From the NCBI GenBank assembly GCA_964385825.1, contig CAYLPX010000002.1, forward strand, positions 98,876 to 162,875: a stretch of 64,000 nt of DNA. Reading direction: 5' to 3'. Shown piece after piece: positions 1-10,135 of the stretch. A program made the position numbers and the translations under genes. Numbering within the stretch: the first letter of the stretch is position 1; every line of letters begins with the position of its first letter. Source of the DNA: an uncultured Candidatus Saccharibacteria bacterium. Lineage in GTDB: Bacteria > Patescibacteriota > Minisyncoccia > Phycocordibacterales > JAKFXT01. Below the pieces are notes generated by a model. It saw only the letters and a program-made list of their open reading frames with translations. It had not been told where the DNA came from and made no database searches.

Positions 1-274
1 AACCAAAAAGTGTTCCTTTCGTTAACTTAACCGCCTCCTCTCCCTTACCACTACATGAAGTTAGTGGTGAAAACAAACTCTCAGCGGTTGTCCAGGTTCC
101 CCGTGTTATGAGTAAGGTTGAAGCACCGCTTAGCGCCAACTCAACCGTTACCTCAACCCCGCTTACGGCCAAAGTAGATCCATATCGGGAACAAATATAA
201 CGTTTCTTTGCGTGTAACCACAAGACAAAGACGGTATTCTCTTATATTATTAAGCTACCTCACACACTTTTATA

Positions 275-805
275 GTGCTGGTATTTTTTATGCAGTTTCA
301 AGTTCCTCAATTCATTGAAGTGGAAGACAAGCTTTTCGGCCCTCTTACCTTAAAGCAGTTTATTTATCTTGCAGGTGGGGTAGGTATGTCAGCTATTCTT
401 TATTTTGTTATCCCATACCACTTTATCGCCATAATCCTAGCCGTTCCTTTTGTTGCCTTTTCCCTAGCCCTTGCCTTCTATCAAATAAACAGCAAGCCGT
501 TTGTAGAAGTCTTAGAGGCCGCCATTTCTTATTACTTCAAAAACAAGCTCTACATTTGGAAGAAAACCCCAAAAAAAGCAGAGGAGAAGCCCAAAGAAGC
601 TGATGAGGAAGCTTCGCTCGACACCCTTTTTGCCCCACGGCTTTCCGAAAGCAAGCTCAAAGACCTGGCGTGGAGCCTCGATGTAACTGACAAGCTCATT
701 AACAAGCGAGCAAAGCAAGAACAGTCGCTTACTTTCGACCAAGAAGAGCGTGAGAGAGTTGAGTTCCAAAAGAACTATGATCTTGGTAACAAATCCCACA
801 CCTAA
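275..805 (+). CDS. PrgI-family-like membrane protein of a type IV secretion-like cluster
   Basis: The N-terminus MQFQVPQFIEVEDKLFGPLTLKQF is followed by two TM helices and a charged C-terminal tail. It lies directly upstream of a VirB4-like ATPase. The family assignment is from memory of PrgI-family annotations in CPR genomes. Confidence 0.45.
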   Translation: MLVFFMQFQVPQFIEVEDKLFGPLTLKQFIYLAGGVGMSAILYFVIPYHFIAIILAVPFVAFSLALAFYQINSKPFVEVLEAAISYYFKNKLYIWKKTPKKAEEKPKEADEEASLDTLFAPRLSESKLKDLAWSLDVTDKLINKRAKQEQSLTFDQEERERVEFQKNYDLGNKSHT

Positions 806-810
806 ATCTT

Positions 811-1452
811 ATGGCAACCGAGCAAGCATCAGCAACACAAGAATTCGTCCCTATTAAAGAAGTGCGGGATGGGATTGTTCTTTTAAAAGATGGGGGACTT
901 CGTGCCATCCTTCTCACTTCTTCAATAAACTTTGCCCTTAAGTCACAAGATGAGCAAAACTCGGTAATTTTTCAATTCCAAAATTTCCTTAACTCACTAG
1001 ATTTTCAGGTTCAAATTTTCATTCAATCGCGCAAACTAGACATTCGCCCCTATATTGCACTCCTAGAGGATCGGTATCGTGAACAGGTAAATGATCTTCT
1101 AAAGATTCAAACTCGTGAATACATAGAGTTCATTAAGAGCTTTACCGAGAGCGCCAACATTATGACTAAGAGCTTTTTTATTGTAGTTCCCTATAACCCA
1201 GCAGGATTAACTGCTGAGTCGGTTGGTGGGATTTTCGGTAAGAAAAAGAAAGAGGAAGAAAAGGCCAAAGAAGCTTCTGCTCAATTTGAAGAAAACCGAA
1301 GCCAGCTGGAGCAACGTATTGCTGTTATTGAACAAGGACTTATTCGCACCGGTGTTCGTATCGTACAATTAGGAACTGAGGAGATCATAGAGCTCTACTA
1401 CAAGATCTTTAACCCCGGAGAACAGGACAAGCCAATTAAACTAAACGCCTAA
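811..1452 (+). CDS. hypothetical protein in the T4SS-like cluster
   Basis: This 213 aa ORF is tightly packed between the PrgI-like and VirB4-like genes. It has a charged KKKEEEKAKE linker and no recognisable motif. Confidence 0.4.
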   Translation: MATEQASATQEFVPIKEVRDGIVLLKDGGLRAILLTSSINFALKSQDEQNSVIFQFQNFLNSLDFQVQIFIQSRKLDIRPYIALLEDRYREQVNDLLKIQTREYIEFIKSFTESANIMTKSFFIVVPYNPAGLTAESVGGIFGKKKKEEEKAKEASAQFEENRSQLEQRIAVIEQGLIRTGVRIVQLGTEEIIELYYKIFNPGEQDKPIKLNA

Positions 1453-1457
1453 CCAAC

Positions 1458-3281
1458 ATGGGACTTTTCGATTTTTTAATAACAAAAAAAGAGGGTGGGG
1501 GAGGTAAAAACGATATTACCGCTATTTTACCGCGCGATATTTATGAGTCGGGGGTACTCGAGCTAAAAGATATCATTGCTCCCTCTGCCTTAAAAATTTC
1601 CCCTAAGGAACTCAACCTTGGCGAAAAGATTATCCGCACCTTCTTTGTTATTTCATATCCCCGCTTTTTAACCGAAAGTTGGTTCGCTCCCATCATCAAC
1701 CTAGACAAAGTATTTGATGCTTCTATTTTTATCCATCCTATAGAAACAGCCCGTATTCTGCGCCAATTCCAGAAGAAGGTTGCTGAAGTCCAGAGCCAGA
1801 TACACGACCGAGAAGAAAAGGGGTTGGTGCGCGACCCAGTTCTAGACACCGCGTATCAAGACCTAGAGCAACTCCGTGATGGACTACAACAAGCCCAAGA
1901 GCGTATTTTTGATGTAGGGCTATATATTTCTATCTATGGAGACTCTGATGCTGAGCTCGATAAGGTGGAGTCAGAAATTAAATCCATCCTTGAGTCTAAG
2001 TTAGTGTACGTAAAGCCGGCCCTGTTCCAACAAGAGCAAGGCTTTAAGAGCGTTATACCCCTTGGTAACGATGAGCTCGCTGTTCATTCTAAGCTCAACT
2101 CATCTCCACTCTCCAGTGTTTTTCCTTTCATTTCTTTTGACCTTACATCAGACAAAGGAATTCTCTATGGTATCAACCGACATAATGCAAGCCTTGTGCT
2201 TTTTGATCGCTTCTCACTTGAAAACTACAACTCAGTAGTGTTTGCTAAGTCTGGTTCTGGAAAGTCTTATACCACTAAACTTGAGATACTCCGCACCCTC
2301 ATGTTTGATACCGAAGTTATCGTGATTGACCCTGAACGTGAATATGAATACCTCGCTGAAGCCACGGGTGGACGCTATTTTAATGTGTCACTTAACTCTG
2401 AGCACCATATTAACCCCTTTGACTTACCTGTCCCACGTGAAGACGAGTCACCAGCCGACATTTTGCGCAGCAATATTGTGAACTTGGTCGGTCTTTTCCG
2501 TATTATGATGGGGGGACTTACCGCAGAGGAAGACGCTATCATTGATCGAGCGATTACTGAAACATATGCCTTAAAGGATATTAGTCCTGAATCAGACTTC
2601 ACCGCGATCGAACCCCCGCTTATGGCTGACTTTGAACTTGTACTCTCGGGTATGGAGGGCGGTGACTCGCTAGCACAGCGTCTTACTAAGTACACAAAAG
2701 GTACGTGGGCAGGCTTCATCAACAAGCCAACGAACGTGGACATAAACAAGAAGTTTGTGGTGTTCTCGGTTCGTGACATGGAAGACGAGCTGAAGCCGGT
2801 TGCCATGTACATCATTACCCACTTTATTTGGAATGCTATTCGCAAAGAGATAAAGAAGCGTCTCTTGGTGATTGATGAGGCTTGGTGGATGATGAAATCT
2901 GATGACACCGCCTCATTCTTATATAGCTTGGTAAAACGAGGACGTAAGTACTATCTTGGGGTAGCTACTATTACTCAGGACGTGGATGACTTTCTTAAAA
3001 GCCCCTATGGACTGCCTATTATTACCAACTCGTCACTCCAATTACTACTTAAGCAGTCACCTTCCTCTATAGACAATGTGCAGAAGATTTTCAATCTAAC
3101 TGAGGAAGAAAAGTACCTACTCCTAGAATCCGATGTGGGGGAGGGGATTTTCTTTGCTGGACTTAAACACGTGGCTATAAAGGTTATCGCCTCGTACACC
3201 GAAGATCAGATTATCACCTCTGACCCATCCCAAGTGCTCTCTATTAGGAAAGCTAAGAATGATCTGCGCTTCTCAAGCTAA
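1458..3281 (+). CDS. VirB4/TraC/TrbE-like type IV secretion ATPase
   Basis: The Walker A motif is AKSGSGKSYTTK, and a Walker B-like LLVIDEAWWMM is present. The 607 aa length and the position after a PrgI-like gene fit VirB4. Confidence 0.75.
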   Translation: MGLFDFLITKKEGGGGKNDITAILPRDIYESGVLELKDIIAPSALKISPKELNLGEKIIRTFFVISYPRFLTESWFAPIINLDKVFDASIFIHPIETARILRQFQKKVAEVQSQIHDREEKGLVRDPVLDTAYQDLEQLRDGLQQAQERIFDVGLYISIYGDSDAELDKVESEIKSILESKLVYVKPALFQQEQGFKSVIPLGNDELAVHSKLNSSPLSSVFPFISFDLTSDKGILYGINRHNASLVLFDRFSLENYNSVVFAKSGSGKSYTTKLEILRTLMFDTEVIVIDPEREYEYLAEATGGRYFNVSLNSEHHINPFDLPVPREDESPADILRSNIVNLVGLFRIMMGGLTAEEDAIIDRAITETYALKDISPESDFTAIEPPLMADFELVLSGMEGGDSLAQRLTKYTKGTWAGFINKPTNVDINKKFVVFSVRDMEDELKPVAMYIITHFIWNAIRKEIKKRLLVIDEAWWMMKSDDTASFLYSLVKRGRKYYLGVATITQDVDDFLKSPYGLPIITNSSLQLLLKQSPSSIDNVQKIFNLTEEEKYLLLESDVGEGIFFAGLKHVAIKVIASYTEDQIITSDPSQVLSIRKAKNDLRFSS

Positions 3282-3284
3282 TCC

Positions 3285-3944
3285 TTGCCCATGGAGCAAA
3301 ACAACGAGCAAACACAACGAATCACCAAAACTACCGCCGCTTTTATGATAGTGGTGGCGGTTTTTTTTGACCTCTTGCAGCTACTTCTCACTGTTCTCCT
3401 TATTGGTATTGTTTTGAACCCTGCCATAGATGTTGTAGCATTTCTTACCTTTTACCTTTGGTTCAAACTTAAAGGGGTTTCTCTTACCAGTAGCAACAAG
3501 CAGTTGATCGCTACTGTTAGCGGCTATATTGTAGAAATTATTCCTATCCTTAATGCCCTACCTGGTATTACCATAGCCACCATCGCTCGTATCATTGTGG
3601 TGAAAACTGAAGATACACTTTTAAAAAATAATGGTACGATTAGCGCAGTAGTAGGGACTGCTATGCAAAAAAAAGTAGGAGCTGATGACGAAGTCTCCAC
3701 TTCAGAAAAAAGTCCCCAGGAAAAACAGCGTGAGGCTTTTTCAAATGTAAAAGCCGCCAACAACCTTCGCCGTTTAAGCGAAGCCGACGAAGATATACCA
3801 CAAGAAAATCCTTCATCAGAGTCACAATTTCCTAAAGAGCCGACAACCTTACCCCAATCTAATTTTAAAACCCCACCTCCCCACATCGACCCCAAAGTTT
3901 CTACCCCCCATGAAATTCATCTCTCCCCAAACATTGAACACTAA
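3285..3944 (+). CDS. polytopic membrane protein of the T4SS-like cluster
   Basis: Three or four hydrophobic helices are followed by a Pro/Ser-rich tail. It may correspond to a VirB6/VirB3-like component. Confidence 0.35.
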   Translation: MPMEQNNEQTQRITKTTAAFMIVVAVFFDLLQLLLTVLLIGIVLNPAIDVVAFLTFYLWFKLKGVSLTSSNKQLIATVSGYIVEIIPILNALPGITIATIARIIVVKTEDTLLKNNGTISAVVGTAMQKKVGADDEVSTSEKSPQEKQREAFSNVKAANNLRRLSEADEDIPQENPSSESQFPKEPTTLPQSNFKTPPPHIDPKVSTPHEIHLSPNIEH

Positions 3945-4956
3945 TATTACTCCCCTGAAGCTTCTTTTGCTTACCTTGTTATTTTCCTTCCCCTTATTTT
4001 CTTTTGCACAAACAAATACAGCGGGGACTTCTTCACTTACCCCATACACAGAGGGGGTGAGTACTGTGGTGAGCCCCGAAAACCCTGGCCCTGGTAGTTT
4101 GGTTACTATCGATCTCCAGAGTTCCTTGGTTAACCTTGAAACCTCAACTATTGTTTGGAGCGTTAATGGTAAAGTGATTCAGTCCGGTCGTGATAGTAGA
4201 TCATTCTCTCTTCGCCTTGGTGCAGTTGGAAGTAAGAGTGTTGTTGATATTTATATTAAAACCACTACCCTTGGGACCCTGACTAAAACTTTAACTTTTG
4301 CCCCGACTAGTGTTGAACTCCTTTATGAAGCTGCTTCCTACACACCACCTTTCTATAAAGGAAAAGCACTTATACCATCAGAGGGCGTGGTTACTCTTTA
4401 CGCACTCCCAAACTTTAAATCAAATTCGGGGGCTACTCCTTCCTCAAACCTTGTTTTCACTTGGAAAAAAGATGGCGTAGTTGATGGAACTAATTCTGGA
4501 CTTGGGAAAAATAGTTATCGTTATGTTAATGGCAGGCTTCCGGAAGATGGTCCAACCATTGAAGTTTCGGTTACTGACCCCGCTACCAACCTTCGTGGCT
4601 ACGCTAGTTTTGCTGCCAAAGCAGTAAACCCTGATATTGTTTTCTACGAGAATAACCCCCTTCTTGGCGTCACCTTAAATCAAGCCATACCTTCTAACTA
4701 CACACTCACCAAACAAGAGCTCTCGTTAATAGCGTATCCCTTCTTTTTTGGTACAAAGAACCGCACCAATCAAAACCTTACCTATACATGGAACATTAAC
4801 AATAATCCTGTTCCAAGCAGTACCGATGATAAAGGGTTACTTACGGTGAGAAGTCCTGGAGGGAAGGGGGTGGCTAATATTGGTCTTGATATTGAGAACA
4901 AGACCCGCATTCTCCAAACAGCTTCTGGTATAGTATCTGTAAGTTATGGACAATAA
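3910..4956 (+). CDS. secreted protein of the T4SS-like cluster
   Basis: The N-terminal signal peptide is LLLLTLLFSFPLFSFAQT. The mature part is Thr/Ser/Asn-rich and beta-rich. Confidence 0.4.
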   Translation: MKFISPQTLNTNITPLKLLLLTLLFSFPLFSFAQTNTAGTSSLTPYTEGVSTVVSPENPGPGSLVTIDLQSSLVNLETSTIVWSVNGKVIQSGRDSRSFSLRLGAVGSKSVVDIYIKTTTLGTLTKTLTFAPTSVELLYEAASYTPPFYKGKALIPSEGVVTLYALPNFKSNSGATPSSNLVFTWKKDGVVDGTNSGLGKNSYRYVNGRLPEDGPTIEVSVTDPATNLRGYASFAAKAVNPDIVFYENNPLLGVTLNQAIPSNYTLTKQELSLIAYPFFFGTKNRTNQNLTYTWNINNNPVPSSTDDKGLLTVRSPGGKGVANIGLDIENKTRILQTASGIVSVSYGQ

Positions 4957-5626
4957 TAACGATATGTTTTCTTTCTTCACACAACTTAAGCGTCCTCAGT
5001 TCCTTATTATTTTTGGTGCCAGTTTTTTTATACCAGTAGCCTCAGCCCTTGCTCAAAATAAAGACTACACTCTCCTCGTTCCTATCCCTTCTTTTGGCTC
5101 ATCCTATAACCCTGGTCTTTTTGTGAACTATGTTCAAAAAATCATCACTCTTTCTATCACCCTTGCCGCCATTGCAGCTGTAGCGCGCATTACCATAGGG
5201 GGATTCCAATATATGGGAGGAGAATCTATGGACCAAAAGTCAGCAGGAAGAGAAGCGATCAAAGAAGCTATTTTTGGTCTTATTATTTTGGGTGCTTCTT
5301 ATCTGATCCTCAACACCATCAACCCAAACCTTCTTAACTTCAGACTGGAAGTTCCTGCGATTATAAGCGGGCAAAATACTCAACAAACACAGCAAACTGC
5401 AACTACTCAACCAGATGGAACAATTATAAACGGGGGTGCCGTTAGAGAAGCTCAGCAGGCCACTATTAACCAAAATGGTGTTGGAACGAGCCTTGACCCC
5501 GCTAGACAATATCAACTCCAAGAACCTGGTGGAGTTAATCAAAGAAATTTAACCTCTGAAAGTTGCCAATCCTGGGTAGCCGCTAAGGCTCGCCAAGGAA
5601 TTACAGCCTCTTGTGTCCCTCAATAA
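4946..5626 (+). CDS. TrbC/VirB2-like conjugative pilin
   Basis: A signal peptide is followed by two hydrophobic helices, ITLSITLAAIAAVARITIGGFQYM and AIFGLIILGASYLILNTI, separated by a charged loop. That topology is typical of VirB2/TrbC pilins. Confidence 0.45.
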   Translation: MDNNNDMFSFFTQLKRPQFLIIFGASFFIPVASALAQNKDYTLLVPIPSFGSSYNPGLFVNYVQKIITLSITLAAIAAVARITIGGFQYMGGESMDQKSAGREAIKEAIFGLIILGASYLILNTINPNLLNFRLEVPAIISGQNTQQTQQTATTQPDGTIINGGAVREAQQATINQNGVGTSLDPARQYQLQEPGGVNQRNLTSESCQSWVAAKARQGITASCVPQ

Positions 5627-5632
5627 TTCTCT

Positions 5633-6913
5633 ATGTCACGCACCACTGCCTTTAGCATCATAATCGGATTTGTACTTCTTTTTGGCGGGGGAGTAGCGTA
5701 CTGGTATTATTCTCTTTCAGGAAAGACACTCACCCCAGAACAAAATAATTCTTCAAACACCACCGGCTCTAATCCTTTCCCCTTTGGTCAAACAGGTCAA
5801 CCCAACACAAAACCAAACCAAACTGGTGTGGGGACCAGTACAACAGGAAGTGGTGAAACTCCCGCTCCAGTTGTTCGCGAAATCTCTTCTACACCAACAG
5901 GAAGCTTCTCTCCCTTTGTAGACAAAACTAATGGCACTTCGGTGCGCTATATTGAGCAAGAAACTGGGAATGTTTACGATGCCCCACTTGATATAACACT
6001 TACCAAACGAGTGAGTAATACTACTATTCCCAAAGTTCACCAAGCTATTTGGCTACCGCAGGCAAGATCATTCATTGCCCAATACTTGGGAGGAAATACT
6101 GAAACTATCCAAAGCTTTTACGGTGAGGTTAATCCTCAACAAACAGAAGGCGCTGAGGGGAACGTTACAGGAAAGTTCCTTGAGGACGGCATCACTTCTC
6201 TTATTTCTATCAGTTCATTTTCTGCAAGTACCACCTCAAAAAACCCAGGTAAAATCTTTTACACTAAAAATACAAATGCTGGCACCGATGGTTTTATCGC
6301 AGAGGGGAATGGCACTGCTATAACAAAAGTTTTTTCTTCCCCGCTCTCTGAGTGGTTACTACTTGGTGGGGGAGGGTCTACTGTCTACCTACAGACAAAA
6401 TCCTCTGGTCTTGCCTCTTCATACCTTTTTAGCCTTAACACTTCCTCAGGCTCACTAAGCAAGGTTTTAGGCAATATTGTCGGCCTTTCCTCTCTCCCGA
6501 ACGCAAAAGGAGATATGATTCTTTACTCTGAAACTGTGAACAAAGCCCCACTTCTTCACATATACAATGTCTCTAAAAATACTTATGGGACTATTACCCT
6601 CTCCACTTTAGCTGATAAATGTGTTTGGGCTGAAGGAAAAGGAGTTGTGAATGCTAAAATCTACTGTGCCGTTCCACAAACCATTCCGGTGGGGATAACC
6701 CTCCCTGATAGTTGGTATCAAGGTAAGACTACCTTTACTGACAATATCTGGGAGATTAACCCCACCTCGCTTGAAGCTAAAAAGGTGGCTTCACTTACTG
6801 AAAACTCATTTTATGTAGATATTTACAACCCCGCTCTTAGTTCGAATGGCTCCTATCTTTTGTTTATAAATAAAAGAGATCTTACTCTTTGGAGCGTGCG
6901 ACTTTCTAACTAA
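5633..6913 (+). CDS. membrane-anchored extracellular protein
   Basis: An N-terminal TM helix and a low-complexity S/T/G/N-rich linker precede a beta-rich domain. Confidence 0.4.
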   Translation: MSRTTAFSIIIGFVLLFGGGVAYWYYSLSGKTLTPEQNNSSNTTGSNPFPFGQTGQPNTKPNQTGVGTSTTGSGETPAPVVREISSTPTGSFSPFVDKTNGTSVRYIEQETGNVYDAPLDITLTKRVSNTTIPKVHQAIWLPQARSFIAQYLGGNTETIQSFYGEVNPQQTEGAEGNVTGKFLEDGITSLISISSFSASTTSKNPGKIFYTKNTNAGTDGFIAEGNGTAITKVFSSPLSEWLLLGGGGSTVYLQTKSSGLASSYLFSLNTSSGSLSKVLGNIVGLSSLPNAKGDMILYSETVNKAPLLHIYNVSKNTYGTITLSTLADKCVWAEGKGVVNAKIYCAVPQTIPVGITLPDSWYQGKTTFTDNIWEINPTSLEAKKVASLTENSFYVDIYNPALSSNGSYLLFINKRDLTLWSVRLSN

Positions 6914-6946
6914 AAAGTCCCTAAAAACACCACTAGCATGGTGTTT

Positions 6947-7402
6947 TTACTTATTCTCAACGTAGCAAATAACCACCTTTCGAAAAGGCCCTTCGCCTCG
7001 AGACTCTGTTTTAAGATTTGGGTGCTCGGCAAATACGCTATGTACCAGTAAACGTTCGTATGCCCCCATAGGCTCCATTTCAACCTCATGTTTGAAAGAA
7101 AGGGCTCTTTCTCCGAGAATTTTTGCTGCTTCTTTTATTCTTTCGGCCTCGCGCTTTCTGTAGCTATTAACATCAAGAAGAATTTTCTGCATAGCACCCT
7201 CTTCCTTTTCAAGCATTCTTCGCACTAGATGAGTTAACGCTTGGAGTGTTGCCCCCCTACTTCCGATTAAAAGTTCTGCCTCCTCGCTTTCTATCTTTGC
7301 TTCTATTTCTTCATTCTGCGTGGTGATTGTTACCGTGGAAAAAGAAATTGGTATTTTCGAGAGTAACTCTTCTATTGTTTTTTTGAGTTTCTCTTCTTTC
7401 AT
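6947..7402 (-). CDS. jag: Jag/KhpB RNA-binding protein (KH and R3H domains)
   Basis: The R3H-like region is GEGPFRKVVICYVE. It sits downstream of yidC in the conserved rpmH-rnpA-yidC-jag block. Confidence 0.7.
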   Translation of the reverse strand: MKEEKLKKTIEELLSKIPISFSTVTITTQNEEIEAKIESEEAELLIGSRGATLQALTHLVRRMLEKEEGAMQKILLDVNSYRKREAERIKEAAKILGERALSFKHEVEMEPMGAYERLLVHSVFAEHPNLKTESRGEGPFRKVVICYVENK

Positions 7403-7403
7403 T

Positions 7404-8120
7404 TTATTTCGTTTTTTTATGTTTTCGCAAAGCCAGTTCTTGCCCGATAGTAAAAAGGTTACTTACACAGAAATATAGTGCTACGACCGAGGAAAGGCTG
7501 TGACTAATAAAAATAATTATTAGTGGAAAAACATATTTCATTTGGATATTCATGCTCCGTGCCATGTCGTTTTTAAAGGAAGCTTCTTTACTTTCAGGAA
7601 GAGGGGGCATAGCAAGTTGTGCTTGAACGAATTGTGCTCCGCCCGCTATTAGAGCAAGCACCCAGCTTTTTTCAGCCATATGGAACATAAGGAACTCCAT
7701 TGAAATGCCTTGTGGGGGAGTTATAAAACTATAGAGATCTTGGAGGTGAATAGAGGGGAATCCTCCTTTATAGAAAATGAAGTAGAGCGCAAAGATAACT
7801 GGTAGTTGTACAAAAAGAGCCATGATACTAGAGAAAGGATTAACCCCCTCTTCTTTATAGACCTGCATAGTGGCAAGGGCGGTTGCCTGCCTGTCGTCTT
7901 TGTATTTAGTCCGTATAGCCTCTAGTTTTGGCTCAATATCCCTCATGCGCATTTGAGTAATGAGGGCCTTCTTAGTAAGGGGAAAGAGAGCGAACTTCAC
8001 CAAGAGAGTTGTTGCTATAACCGCAAGGGCTACTGAATGGTTCGGTAATACCCCAATCAAAAAAACAGCCAGATTATAGATTGGCTGATAGAAAATAGTG
8101 TGAAAAAAGCCGCCACTCAT
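7404..8120 (-). CDS. yidC: membrane protein insertase YidC (short form)
   Basis: A short 238 aa YidC/Oxa1-like polytopic membrane protein sits in the conserved position next to rnpA and jag. Confidence 0.8.
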   Translation of the reverse strand: MSGGFFHTIFYQPIYNLAVFLIGVLPNHSVALAVIATTLLVKFALFPLTKKALITQMRMRDIEPKLEAIRTKYKDDRQATALATMQVYKEEGVNPFSSIMALFVQLPVIFALYFIFYKGGFPSIHLQDLYSFITPPQGISMEFLMFHMAEKSWVLALIAGGAQFVQAQLAMPPLPESKEASFKNDMARSMNIQMKYVFPLIIIFISHSLSSVVALYFCVSNLFTIGQELALRKHKKTK

Positions 8121-8144
8121 AAAGGCTATTCTACCGTACTTTGT

Positions 8145-8486
8145 CTACTTTAAAAGTTTTACCCCCGTAAGTACGGCCTTAACCTCATTTCTTAGGGCAG
8201 AAAAAGGGATTTTAAGGGCCTCTTTTTTTACAAAAAAGATGCCAACTACTGGTTTTGCTGTTTGTGGTAAAAATTCCCCTATAAGTGAGTAGAGTTGCCT
8301 TTTTATATGGTTTCTTTCAGGTTTGTTTTTAGTTACTTTTTGGGCTACCACCACTGAAAAACGGCTAGCTATAAGGGTTTTCGGGCTCGAAATCCTTAAA
8401 GAAAAAAGGGGGGAGGAAACAAAAAAGCCCTGGCTGAAATTTTCAGCAAAGGTTTTTCTGTTTAAGCGCCTTTTTTTAGGCAACAT
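8145..8486 (-). CDS. rnpA: ribonuclease P protein component
   Basis: A basic 113 aa protein lies immediately downstream of rpmH, which is the conserved synteny. Confidence 0.7.
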   Translation of the reverse strand: MLPKKRRLNRKTFAENFSQGFFVSSPLFSLRISSPKTLIASRFSVVVAQKVTKNKPERNHIKRQLYSLIGEFLPQTAKPVVGIFFVKKEALKIPFSALRNEVKAVLTGVKLLK

Positions 8487-8491
8487 AGGAG

Positions 8492-8626
8492 TTATACGCT
8501 TAGCTTTTTCCTTCCTTGAGCACGACGGCGGGCGAGGACTTTCTTACCCCCTGCTGTACGGCCACGGACCAAAAAACCATGGGTGGTAGCTCGCTTTTTC
8601 TTTTTTGGTTGATATGTTTTTGACAT
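8492..8626 (-). CDS. rpmH: 50S ribosomal protein L34
   Basis: Manual reverse-complement translation gives [44 protein letters not shown] (44 aa). It is under the 60 aa cut-off of the ORF track, so it is not listed there. Confidence 0.85.
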   Translation of the reverse strand: MSKTYQPKKKKRATTHGFLVRGRTAGGKKVLARRRAQGRKKLSV

Positions 8627-8794
8627 TGGTGGTTAGTATAGCCTAAAGAGGGTTTTTTTGGAATACCTTAGCCTTTTTGCCCTTTTGGCGAGTTTCCCAC
8701 AGGTTATACACCTGCTTATCACCATAAGTAGCTTTTTTAGGTAAGTGTTGCGCTTTTCCAGGAAGGGTATAATAGGTGTCACTAATAAACTTTT
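8627..8794. promoter_or_regulatory. divergent rpmH / dnaA promoter region
   Basis: TATAAT at about 8772-8777 lies upstream of the dnaA ATG at 8795, and a TTATACACC DnaA-box-like element is also present. Confidence 0.3.
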
Positions 8795-10135
8795 ATGCTT
8801 GATACTAAACAATTGTGGGAAAGTGTTTTGGGCGATATTGAGCAAAGTGTTTCAAAGGCTACTTTTACCACATGGTTTAAGGATACAGGGATTATGAAGC
8901 AGGATGAGGGGGTAATTTATCTCTCTGTCCCAAATCAATTCGTGAAAGAATGGTTATACAACAAATATCATAAAACTATTCTTAAAAACCTTCGCGATCT
9001 CAATGAGCAGGTTCGTAATATTGAATACGTAGTAAATAAGGAACCGCCAAAGACCGTGGAACATATTCGTAAAGTTGAAAATCCCACTACTGAACTTCCC
9101 CTCGCCGATCATTATGTAAATAAAGAAGATAATTTAAATCCCCGCTACACTTTTGATTCTTTTGTGGTTGGTTCTTTTAATGATATGGCGTATGCAGCCG
9201 CCCAAGCTGTTATGCGCAAACCTGGTATTGCATACAATCCTTTGTTTATTTACGGAAACACAGGGCATGGGAAAACTCACCTTATTCAAGCGATAGGGAA
9301 CTATATTAAACACACTTCTGAGAATAAAAAGGTTTACTACATAACCTCAGAGAACTTTTATTTAGGTTTAGTTAACGCGATGCAAGAAAATAAAATTCTT
9401 TTATTTAAAGAAAAGTATCGAAAATACGATGTTTTTATTATGGACGATGTTCAGTTCCTATCAAATAAAGAAAAAACTCAGGAGGAGTTGTTCCATTTGT
9501 TTAATACCCTTTATGACAATAATAAACAAATTATCTTTTCTTCTGATAAACATATAAATCAGATTCCAAACCTAGAGGATCGTATTAAATCACGTTTTGG
9601 TGCTGGAATGATTGTAGACATCCAAGCCCCTGACTATGACTCTCGTGTGGCTATTATAAAAACAAAATGTGCGGTTCAAGGGATTATTCTACCAGAGGAG
9701 ATTATTGCATACCTTGCTTCTTCTGATAATAGTATCCGTGAATTGGAAGGTGCCCTAAACACCATTACCTATCAAATTCAATTAAAAAATAAAGTTCTTT
9801 CTCTTGCTGAAATAAAAAATATTATAAAAGAGACTAGTAAACCTAAAAAGATGTTTTCAGTGAAAGAGATTATAAAAACAATTGCTGATTTTTATGACAT
9901 TCCTGAAGCTAGTATCTATGAAAAAACAAGGAGAAAGGAAGTTGTTAAACCTCGACAGATTATTATGTACATCTTAAGAGAGGATTTTAAGGTTTCATAT
10001 CCCACGATTGGAGAAAAACTTGGTGGAAGAGATCATACAACAGTTATTCATTCATGCGAGAAAATTAAACATGACATCAAAGAAGATATGCAGTTAAGTG
10101 AGGAGATAGATCGGATTAAAACTTTATTAAAGTAG
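8795..10135 (+). CDS. dnaA: chromosomal replication initiator DnaA
   Basis: Walker A GNTGHGKTHL, the AAA+ sensor motifs and the C-terminal DNA-binding motif TIGEKLGGRDHTTVIHSCEKI are all present. Confidence 0.92.
   Translation: MLDTKQLWESVLGDIEQSVSKATFTTWFKDTGIMKQDEGVIYLSVPNQFVKEWLYNKYHKTILKNLRDLNEQVRNIEYVVNKEPPKTVEHIRKVENPTTELPLADHYVNKEDNLNPRYTFDSFVVGSFNDMAYAAAQAVMRKPGIAYNPLFIYGNTGHGKTHLIQAIGNYIKHTSENKKVYYITSENFYLGLVNAMQENKILLFKEKYRKYDVFIMDDVQFLSNKEKTQEELFHLFNTLYDNNKQIIFSSDKHINQIPNLEDRIKSRFGAGMIVDIQAPDYDSRVAIIKTKCAVQGIILPEEIIAYLASSDNSIRELEGALNTITYQIQLKNKVLSLAEIKNIIKETSKPKKMFSVKEIIKTIADFYDIPEASIYEKTRRKEVVKPRQIIMYILREDFKVSYPTIGEKLGGRDHTTVIHSCEKIKHDIKEDMQLSEEIDRIKTLLK

Noticed and set aside
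2375-2908. Antisense ORFs inside virB4-like, PBP1A, pilB, ruvA, pilO and polA (for example 2375-2908 minus, 12129-12623 plus, 18773-19231 plus, 30580-30972 plus, 35334-35819 minus, 22053-22367 minus)
   Set aside because: They lie entirely within strongly supported genes on the opposite strand. Their translations are Ser/Arg/Leu-rich and low-complexity, and none has an RBS.
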